Under the pieces are notes generated by a model. It worked only from the letters and a program-made list of their open reading frames with translations, had not been told where the DNA came from and searched no databases. 64,000 nucleotides of DNA, taken from the NCBI GenBank assembly GCA_014728085.1, contig WJMF01000020.1, forward strand, positions 74,608 through 138,607, given 5' to 3'. This document shows positions 57,665 to 64,000 of this stretch, piece after piece. Source of the DNA: Candidatus Zhuqueibacterota bacterium. GTDB lineage: Bacteria; Zhuqueibacterota; Zhuqueibacteria; Residuimicrobiales; Oceaniaggregativiventaceae. Made by a program: the position numbers and the translations under genes. Each line of letters starts with the position of its first letter. Position 1 is the first letter of the stretch.

Positions 57665-58960
57665 TTATAACGCCTGCCAGAGCTTGCCACGATTAATAAC
57701 AGCCCGAATCCCGCCGGTCAGCTCCATGCCGTCATACGGGGTATTGCGGGACAGAGACTTTTGCCTGCCCGCATCAACCGTCCACGTTTTGGACGGTTCA
57801 ATAACGCTCAAATTGGCCCGTTTCCCCTCCTTGATCTCCGGAACATCCAGCCGTAAAAGCTTGCGGGGAGCAATGCTCATTTTATAAAGAGCCTCCTCAA
57901 GTGACAAAATGCCACTGTTGACAATCTCCGTTATAATCACCCCTACCATTGTTTCAAGACCGGTAATGCCAAAGGGTGCCGCATCGAATTCCACATCCTT
58001 TTCTTCAATCGAGTGAGGCGCGTGATCGGAAGCGATGACATCAATCGTACCATCTGCAAGCCCGGCTTTGAGCCGCTCTATAATAGCCGGGGGGCGCAGC
58101 GGTGGATTCATTTTAAGATTGGTATCATACTGGATCAGATCTTCATCGCTGAACATGAGATGATGAGGCGTGACTTCGCAGGAGATGGAAAGATGTTCAT
58201 CCTTGGCGCGTCGCACCATTTCCACGCTCTTATCAGAGCTGATATGCGCAATATGCAAAAATCCGCCACTGAATCGAAGCAAACCGATATTTCGGGCAAC
58301 CATAACATCCTCAGCGGTTGTGGGAATACCGGCAACACCGAGTCGGGTGGACATTACACCTTCATTCATGTGCCCCCCGGCAGCGAGTGCGAGCTCTTCG
58401 CTATGATCGATGATCACTGTCTCATACATGGAAGCATATTCCAGAGCGCGCCGCATAACGCCGCTGTCCGCAACGCTTGCACCGTCATCGGAAAAGGCAA
58501 CCACTCCTGCCTTGGCCAGCTCTCCCATTTCCGTAATCTCTTTGCCGGCGCGTTCTTTTGTAATGGCTGCAACCGGATAGACATCCACCAGCTGAGACCG
58601 CGCCCGATCAAACAAAAAATTTACAATCTCCTGATTGTCGCAGGGAGGATCAGTATTCGGCATTGCCGCCACTCCCGTAAACCCTCCTGCCATCGCTGCC
58701 GCACAACCGCTTTCCACGGTCTCTTCATCCTCGCGCCCCGGTTCCCGCAAATGAACATGCATATCGACAAGCCCGGCAACGATAATGCAATTGCTGATAT
58801 CGATGATTTCACCCCTGAATTCACTCTCGTTTATAGTTCCGATAGAATCGATTTTTTCACCTCGAATCACAATATCGGCTTTTTGACGCCGGGAGTGGAT
58901 CAAATCGACAACTTCACCATTGCGCAAGCAAACAAGATCGCTTTTTCGTAATGTTTTCAA
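57665..58960 (-). CDS. pyrC: Dihydroorotase (multifunctional-complex type)
   Basis: DMHVHLREPG metal-binding motif, carboxylated Lys region, and DHAPH. Likely TTG start with a GAGAGGA ribosome-binding site. Confidence 0.85.
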   Translation of the reverse strand: MKTLRKSDLVCLRNGEVVDLIHSRRQKADIVIRGEKIDSIGTINESEFRGEIIDISNCIIVAGLVDMHVHLREPGREDEETVESGCAAAMAGGFTGVAAMPNTDPPCDNQEIVNFLFDRARSQLVDVYPVAAITKERAGKEITEMGELAKAGVVAFSDDGASVADSGVMRRALEYASMYETVIIDHSEELALAAGGHMNEGVMSTRLGVAGIPTTAEDVMVARNIGLLRFSGGFLHIAHISSDKSVEMVRRAKDEHLSISCEVTPHHLMFSDEDLIQYDTNLKMNPPLRPPAIIERLKAGLADGTIDVIASDHAPHSIEEKDVEFDAAPFGITGLETMVGVIITEIVNSGILSLEEALYKMSIAPRKLLRLDVPEIKEGKRANLSVIEPSKTWTVDAGRQKSLSRNTPYDGMELTGGIRAVINRGKLWQAL

Positions 58961-58989
58961 ATTTATATCCTCTCTTCAAGTCAGTCGCC

Positions 58990-59928
58990 TCAGGAAGACT
59001 CTTCCCCGCCCTCGTTACCGCTCAATAAATACAATACAGCCATCCGCACAGCGACACCGTTGGTCACCTGCTTGAGAATAACGGAATTCTCCGAATCCGC
59101 TATATCGCTATCAAGCTCCACCCCCCGGTTAATCGGACCGGGGTGCATAATGGTTATGACCTTGTCCATTTTTTCCAATCGCTTTTTGGTTACGCCAAAC
59201 TCGGTATGATATTCCCGTATCGAGGGAAAAAGCCCCTTACCCTGCCGTTCCAGTTGAATGCGCAAGATATTAATAACATCAGCCCATTCCAGGGCCGCAT
59301 CGACGGAATAAGAAACCTCCACCCCCATTTCGTCTATTCCATAGGGCATCAGGGTTTTTGGTCCGCAAACCATCACCTCAGCACCCATGGTTAATAACCC
59401 GAAAATATTTGAACGAGCCACTCTGCTGTGCGCCACATCTCCCAGGATTGCCACTTTCAGGCCCCCAAGCTTGCCATATTTTTCCCGCAGAGTCATCATA
59501 TCCAGCAAGGCCTGGGTGGGATGCTCATGCATGCCGTCTCCGGCATTGATAATTGCAGCATCTACGCACTTTGTCAAAAACAAGGGAACACCGGCGGCGG
59601 CATGCCGCACGACCACCATATCGATATTCATCGCTTCGATGTTGCGAATGGTGTCTTTAAGCGTTTCTCCCTTGGCAACCGAGCTGCCGGTTTTGGAAAA
59701 ATTTACCGTATCAGCGGAGAGACGCTTCTCGGCCAATTCAAAAGAAATCCGGGTCCTGGTGGACGCCTCATAAAAAAGATTCAATACCGTTTTTCCACGC
59801 AATGTCGGGACTTTGGGAATAGGGCGCTTCAGGATCTCTTTAAAAGATACTGCATTGTCGAGTATGAGATGAATATCATCCTTACTCACCCCTTCCAGAC
59901 CAAGCAAATGTCTGCTTTGCAACCCCAT
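58990..59928 (-). CDS. pyrB: Aspartate carbamoyltransferase catalytic subunit
   Basis: STRTR motif (EASTRTRISFELA), HPTQ, and HPGP (IMHPGPINRGVEL). Start ATG 59928 has an AGAGGAGG ribosome-binding site. Confidence 0.9.
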   Translation of the reverse strand: MGLQSRHLLGLEGVSKDDIHLILDNAVSFKEILKRPIPKVPTLRGKTVLNLFYEASTRTRISFELAEKRLSADTVNFSKTGSSVAKGETLKDTIRNIEAMNIDMVVVRHAAAGVPLFLTKCVDAAIINAGDGMHEHPTQALLDMMTLREKYGKLGGLKVAILGDVAHSRVARSNIFGLLTMGAEVMVCGPKTLMPYGIDEMGVEVSYSVDAALEWADVINILRIQLERQGKGLFPSIREYHTEFGVTKKRLEKMDKVITIMHPGPINRGVELDSDIADSENSVILKQVTNGVAVRMAVLYLLSGNEGGEESS

Positions 59929-59930
59929 GA

Positions 59931-60491
59931 CTATGCCTCCTCTTTGGGTGCTTCGACCAATAATACACAATCCTCGCCATCGGTTTCCAAAAGCCGGACC
60001 TGTACCTCCTCACCGATTGAGGTAGGAATGCTTTTCCCGACATAATCCGCGCGGATTGGCAGTTCCCGGTGACCGCGATCGACCAATACAACAAGCTGAA
60101 CGCTGGAGGGACGGCCAAAATCCATCAGGGCATCCAGGGCGGCGCGCGAGGTTCTGCCGGTAAACAACACATCATCAACCAAAAGTACATCCCTGTCATC
60201 AATTTCAAACGGAATATCGGATATCTGAACTTTTGGCTGGCGTAACCGTTTGCGAAAATCATCACGGTAAAGGGTGATATCGAGAATGCCCAAAGGCACA
60301 GCCTTGCCTTCGATCTTTTGGATCGTTTTTACGATTCGCTCGGCTAAAACCGCCCCCCGGGTCCGGATGCCTACAACCAGCATGCGCTCCGTACCCTTGT
60401 TTCGCTCAATCATCTCATGCGCCAACCGGGTAATGATTCGTCTGAGATCATCGTGATCAATCACCTCGGCCTTGATTTTCAATGATTCCAT
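59931..60491 (-). CDS. pyrR: Bifunctional pyrimidine operon regulator / uracil phosphoribosyltransferase PyrR
   Basis: PRTase motif VLLVDDVLFTGRT. PyrR-specific N-terminus MLVVGIRTRGAVLAERI. Confidence 0.85.
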   Translation of the reverse strand: MESLKIKAEVIDHDDLRRIITRLAHEMIERNKGTERMLVVGIRTRGAVLAERIVKTIQKIEGKAVPLGILDITLYRDDFRKRLRQPKVQISDIPFEIDDRDVLLVDDVLFTGRTSRAALDALMDFGRPSSVQLVVLVDRGHRELPIRADYVGKSIPTSIGEEVQVRLLETDGEDCVLLVEAPKEEA

Positions 60492-60504
60492 GCTTGACTC
60501 ACTT

Positions 60505-60610
60505 TTTGATAAAAAAAATCCTTCCCTGCAACGCGGCGGAGAAGGCCTTCCTCTATTCCCTTGCCGCCTCGCAGGGTCAGCTTAAAGGGATCTATCTGCG
60601 TTAATTTTAC
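60505..60610 (-). promoter_or_regulatory. PyrR-binding leader / transcription attenuator upstream of pyrR-pyrB-pyrC
   Basis: The leader RNA (minus strand) contains CCCUGCGAGGCGGCAAGGG, which resembles the PyrR binding-loop consensus UCCAGAGAGGCUGCAAGG. It is followed by the hairpin CCUUCUCCGCCGCGUUGCAGGGAAGG and a U8 run, immediately before the pyrR start. Confidence 0.45.
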
Positions 60611-60723
60611 GAATTCAAAATCATTTTTGCAAGTCTTTTTGCAATAAAATGCCTTGATTATTATACAGATTATGATTAGAATATTTGGAAACAAAACCTA
60701 TTTCATTGCAGGAGAAAGCATCG

Positions 60724-62130
60724 ATGCGATTACGATTAAATCGCTGTACGATGTTAATCCTTTTATCTTGCGCCTTCACGGCAAAGGCGGATAGTATACC
60801 GGTTCGGTATAGTGTCGGCGTCGATCTGTCCGCAATACGCCTGGCAGGAGGAGAAAAAGGATCGACACTTGGACCGGCTTTAGCGATGCATCTTTCCTAT
60901 TATGTTCATCAACAGGCATTGATTACCTATAACTTTTCGTATGGACGGGTCAAACCAAGAGCAAGAAACAGCTATTTTAATGCCGATCCGGCTTTTGACC
61001 TTCAGACCATCTTGCTGTTACAATCGATAGAGTTTGCCTACAAGCTAAAACCATGGCGAAAAATCACTCCTTTTATTGGAGCCGGAGTCGGCTTGCTCAT
61101 CTGGGATATCCGAACCCCCGGAAAAGGCGGATTGTTGGCGAAAGGATTCTTTCCGGGATCCAGCCTTCACGACGGCCCGGCACTGAACGCCACGCTGTCG
61201 ATAAAATCCGGCGCCGCGGTTCCGCTTTCCCGTCATTTCAATGTCGATTTTTCACTCCGCTTTACCCATCTTTTCGATCAAAGAGAAGACAATATCGGCA
61301 CAAACGACACCAACAGCAGCCTTTTTAACGTTCTCATCGGACTCGAATACAAATTCCTCGGCCCCCGCGACACCGATGGGGACGGCATCCTTGACAAAGA
61401 TGACGGTGATCCGTTGCGCGCAGAGGATATGGATGGATTTAGAGATGATGACGGCATCCCTGACCCTGACAACGACCAGGACGGCGTTCCGGACATTATC
61501 GATAAAGCCCCCCTGCAACCTGAAGATATTGATGGTTTTGAAGATGAAGATGGTGTTCCGGATCCGGACAATGACTGGGACGGTATACCTGACGTCGAGG
61601 ATGGAGCCCCCAATCAGCCGGAAGACTTTGACGGCTATCAAGACGATGACGGTATCCCTGACCCTGATGACGATGAAGACGGTATTCCCGATTTGATCGA
61701 CCGGTGTAAAAATGAAGCGGAAACCTATAACAGCTATCGCGACGATGACGGCTGCCCGGATGAAAAACCGGAACCCATAACCGGAAAAGGAGAACGCATC
61801 ATCCTGCGCGATATCCAGTTTGAGCTCGATAGTGCCGAACTGACACGGAAATCTTACACCGTACTCGATGTCGTATATGAATCTCTGTATGCCAATCCTG
61901 AAGTTGAAATTGAAATTCGCGGATATACAGATTCAACCGGCGATGAAGCGTATAACCAAAAACTTTCCACCGCCAGAGCAAAAGCGGTGAGGAGTTATTT
62001 GCTGCAAAAGGGCATCGACAGCTATCGAATAAAAGCCGTTGGGTATGGCGAAAAAAATCCCATAGCCGACAATGCCGCTGAACAGGGCAGAGCACAAAAC
62101 AGAAGGATTGAATTCTTTAGACTGGAGTAA
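60724..62130 (+). CDS. OmpA-family outer-membrane protein with multiple thrombospondin type-3 (Ca-binding, Asp-rich) repeats
   Basis: Signal peptide MRLRLNRCTMLILLSCAFTAKA. Repeats DTDGDGILDKDDGDP / DDDGIPDPDNDQDGVPD / DEDGVPDPDNDWDGIPD. C-terminal OmpA_C domain (...TDSTGDEAYNQKLSTARAKAV...). Confidence 0.8.
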   Translation: MRLRLNRCTMLILLSCAFTAKADSIPVRYSVGVDLSAIRLAGGEKGSTLGPALAMHLSYYVHQQALITYNFSYGRVKPRARNSYFNADPAFDLQTILLLQSIEFAYKLKPWRKITPFIGAGVGLLIWDIRTPGKGGLLAKGFFPGSSLHDGPALNATLSIKSGAAVPLSRHFNVDFSLRFTHLFDQREDNIGTNDTNSSLFNVLIGLEYKFLGPRDTDGDGILDKDDGDPLRAEDMDGFRDDDGIPDPDNDQDGVPDIIDKAPLQPEDIDGFEDEDGVPDPDNDWDGIPDVEDGAPNQPEDFDGYQDDDGIPDPDDDEDGIPDLIDRCKNEAETYNSYRDDDGCPDEKPEPITGKGERIILRDIQFELDSAELTRKSYTVLDVVYESLYANPEVEIEIRGYTDSTGDEAYNQKLSTARAKAVRSYLLQKGIDSYRIKAVGYGEKNPIADNAAEQGRAQNRRIEFFRLE

Positions 62131-62144
62131 GAAAGGATACAACA

Positions 62145-62492
62145 ATGAAGCACCCCCTCGGTGACAGGTTTAAACCAGGTGAGGTCCTGCTTGCCGTCAT
62201 CAATGAAACACCTGCATTTTTTTTGCGGATTGAAAATATCATTGCAGATCGTAAACCCGATTGGTGGCGATTGGAGTTTCTTGTTCTGACACTCCCCCTG
62301 GTACAAACCACCTGGATCGTAGATGACGAACAGATAAGAGGAGCACCCTTTACTATGGCCGGCAAACCGGTCCGAATGGAGCGAGTCAAAGCGCCTGAAT
62401 CTTCTGAAAACCCGCAACAAAAAGAAAAAATCAGCAAAGACGATCAAAAACAGGCGAATGTCATATCTCTCTTCGATCAGAAAAATAAATGA
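62145..62492 (+). CDS. Hypothetical protein (115 aa)
   Basis: AAAGGA ribosome-binding site 13 nt after the OmpA stop. No recognised family. Confidence 0.35.
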   Translation: MKHPLGDRFKPGEVLLAVINETPAFFLRIENIIADRKPDWWRLEFLVLTLPLVQTTWIVDDEQIRGAPFTMAGKPVRMERVKAPESSENPQQKEKISKDDQKQANVISLFDQKNK

Positions 62493-62535
62493 TACGACGA
62501 TAATTTCCGATCAGGAAACACTCTGGAGATGAAAA

Positions 62536-63651
62536 ATGAAAAAGCTTTTAATTTTATCTTTATTCCTCATTCTCGCAAGCTGTGCTGAAAAACCACAAAA
62601 AGAGCTCAAGACCCGCAACTGCAAGAACGTCATTTTTATGATTGGTGATGGTATGGGCACAGGTCATATTTCTGCTACCCGAATTGCTACCGTGGGGCCG
62701 GATAGCGCCTTGACGATGGATACCATGCCCTACACCGGATTCGTAAAAACGCATTCCGCCAACCGCTTGATTACCGATTCTGCAGCATCCGGCACGGCAA
62801 TGTCCACCGGTTATAAAACCGACAACGGTGTTATAGGACTAACCCCGAATGGCACTCGAGTCAAAAACATCGTAAAAGCCTGCCAGGAAATCAACATGGC
62901 GACAGGCCTGGTGGCGACTTCATCCATTACCCACGCAACCCCGGCGTCGATGGCAACCCATGTCGAGAGCCGCAATCAACAGAATGAAATTGCCAGGCAG
63001 CTCATCGAAAATAAAGTAGACGTATTGCTCGGTGGCGGACTGGGATTTTTTCTGCCGCAGTCACATCCTCTGAGCAAAAGAACCGATGACCTCGACATTC
63101 TCAGTACAGCAAAGGAAAGCGGTTACGATATTGCACAAACCAGGGAAGAGCTGCTCAACAGTCAGGCAAAAAAATTACTCGGCCTTTTTGGCCCGGTCAG
63201 CATGAAAACAACCGAACCGGAGCCTTCCCTCGCCGATATGACAGAAAAAGCGCTGAAAATTCTTTCCGGACGTAAAACCGGATTCTTTCTAATGGTCGAG
63301 GGTAGCCAAATCGATTGGGGCGCACACGACAATGATTTTCAGGAGGTGTTGAGACAAACACGGTTATTCGATGAGGCCATAGCAGTCGCGCTTGATTTTG
63401 CCAAAAAAGACAAACACACTCTTGTCATCGTCACGTCAGATCACGAAACCGGTGGTCTGGCGGTCAACAAAGGCGACCGCGACGGCAAGAACTTGGTCGC
63501 AGGATGGACATCCGGTTCCCATACGGCAGAAATGGTACCCCTGTTTGCATATGGACCGGGCGGGCAGCGGTTTGTTGGCCTTTTTGACAACACAAAAATT
63601 CCACAAAAATTTGCTCAACTCATCGATTTAAAGGATTTTCCCCAAGAGTAA
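62536..63651 (+). CDS. Alkaline phosphatase (PhoA family, short form)
   Basis: Lipoprotein signal (ILASC). NVIFMIGDGMG metal site. Active-site Ser block TDSAASGTAMSTG. DHETGG and AGWTSGSHTAEMVP. Confidence 0.85.
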   Translation: MKKLLILSLFLILASCAEKPQKELKTRNCKNVIFMIGDGMGTGHISATRIATVGPDSALTMDTMPYTGFVKTHSANRLITDSAASGTAMSTGYKTDNGVIGLTPNGTRVKNIVKACQEINMATGLVATSSITHATPASMATHVESRNQQNEIARQLIENKVDVLLGGGLGFFLPQSHPLSKRTDDLDILSTAKESGYDIAQTREELLNSQAKKLLGLFGPVSMKTTEPEPSLADMTEKALKILSGRKTGFFLMVEGSQIDWGAHDNDFQEVLRQTRLFDEAIAVALDFAKKDKHTLVIVTSDHETGGLAVNKGDRDGKNLVAGWTSGSHTAEMVPLFAYGPGGQRFVGLFDNTKIPQKFAQLIDLKDFPQE

Positions 63652-63707
63652 AAAACCTTATCGGTCTCTTTTCTCACCTAACGGCTTTTATCGAAAACTG
63701 CATCAGG

Positions 63708-64000
63708 CTAGGGCGAGTGCTCCGATCCGCACTCGCTCTCGCCGTATTCAATTTCTACCGTAATATGCGATATCTTCATCTTTTTTGTTAATGCCCTCAC
63801 CCTGCCCTTGAGACCGATGACCTCATCGCGGGAGATGTTTTCGTCCACGACCAAATGGGTCGTCAATACATGATGCTCACCGTCCAGCGACCAGATATGT
63901 GTATGGTGTATTGACGAAACATGGTCCAACGCTTTGAAGCGCTTTTCAATCGCATCAATATCGATGTTTTCCGGAACTGCCTGCAAAAAGAGAGCAAGGG
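63708..64000 (-). CDS. Cation diffusion facilitator (CzcD-like) transporter, C-terminal cytoplasmic domain; the gene continues beyond the window end
   Basis: VSSIHHTHIWSLDGEHHVLTTHLVVDENISRDEVIGLKGRVRALTK is the CDF C-terminal domain. The frame stays open to position 64000. The track M at 63986 is internal. Confidence 0.6.
   Translation of the reverse strand, partial: LALFLQAVPENIDIDAIEKRFKALDHVSSIHHTHIWSLDGEHHVLTTHLVVDENISRDEVIGLKGRVRALTKKMKISHITVEIEYGESECGSEHSP

Noticed and set aside
60479-60694. A 71-aa minus-strand ORF upstream of pyrR
   Set aside because: It lies across the PyrR binding loop and the terminator/U-tract of the pyr leader. It is more plausibly non-coding attenuator RNA.
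61252-61641. Minus-strand ORFs of 129 and 111 aa inside the OmpA/TSP3 gene
   Set aside because: They are artefacts of the Asp-codon-rich internal repeats; the reverse frames stay open by chance.
63986-63986. An apparent start codon of the last ORF (MQAVPENIDID...)
   Set aside because: The frame remains open to the window edge, and the sequence is the C-terminal domain of a CDF transporter. The M is internal, and the gene is truncated by the window.
1-64000. Search for CRISPR arrays, transposases, integrases, phage genes, toxin-antitoxin pairs and reverse transcriptases
   Set aside because: No regularly spaced direct repeats of 25-40 bp were found. No DDE, tyrosine or serine recombinase motifs and no RT motifs were seen. 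The only signs of past mobility are the two decayed gene remnants reported as findings.

Overview
This 64 kb window is densely coded on both strands, with an estimated GC of about 45-50%. It comes from a Gram-negative bacterium that carries a type IX secretion system (T9SS) C-terminal sorting domain and two sigma-54 enhancer-binding activators. That fits an FCB-group-like lineage (Bacteroidota, Ignavibacteriota, Calditrichota, Marinimicrobia and relatives). I saw no transposase, integrase, CRISPR array or rRNA.

From start to end the window contains:
- a partial TonB-dependent receptor;
- a sigma-54/GAF activator next to a prenyl-metabolism cluster (UbiA/MenA-like prenyltransferase translationally coupled to a CPBP/CAAX protease, a transglutaminase-like protein, and an IspB-like polyprenyl synthase);
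- a seven-gene minus-strand operon encoding a TolC/HlyD/MacB-type ABC efflux system that ends with a STAS-domain protein and a pentapeptide-repeat protein;
- a Yip1 membrane protein and the CCA tRNA nucleotidyltransferase;
- a sigma-54 promoter in front of a roughly 1500-aa secreted protein, followed by a T9SS-sorted protein;
- manA, a Ste24-like M48 protease, ArfB, and a glycoside hydrolase;
- a selenoprotein selD with an in-frame UGA (CAGUASK motif) and a candidate SECIS hairpin;
- a Tat-exported isoaspartyl peptidase (asparaginase);
- tRNA-Asp and tRNA-Val with a terminator, next to a decayed ECF sigma-factor fragment;
- an RND efflux pair;
- a TonB-dependent receptor followed by a beta-propeller phytase;
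- a decayed T9SS C-terminal-domain remnant;
- a PAS/sigma-54 activator, a palindromic candidate enhancer, and a sigma-54 promoter driving a NifX-like metallocluster-carrier protein plus two tandem DUF5320-like glycine/arginine-rich proteins;
- a DUF374 acyltransferase, a PL22-like beta-propeller protein, and a sugar ABC transporter with no ATPase gene;
- an FAD oxidoreductase, a cell-wall amidase, and a methyltransferase;
- the conserved rplM-rpsI / rpsB-tsf-pyrH-frr and pyrR-pyrB-pyrC clusters, the latter with a PyrR attenuator;
- an OmpA protein with thrombospondin-type-3 repeats, an alkaline phosphatase, and a partial cation-diffusion-facilitator transporter.

The most unusual element is the sigma-54-controlled NifX-like/DUF5320 tandem module at 40139-42774. 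The ORF track translates GTG and TTG starts as M, so several start sites were re-evaluated.
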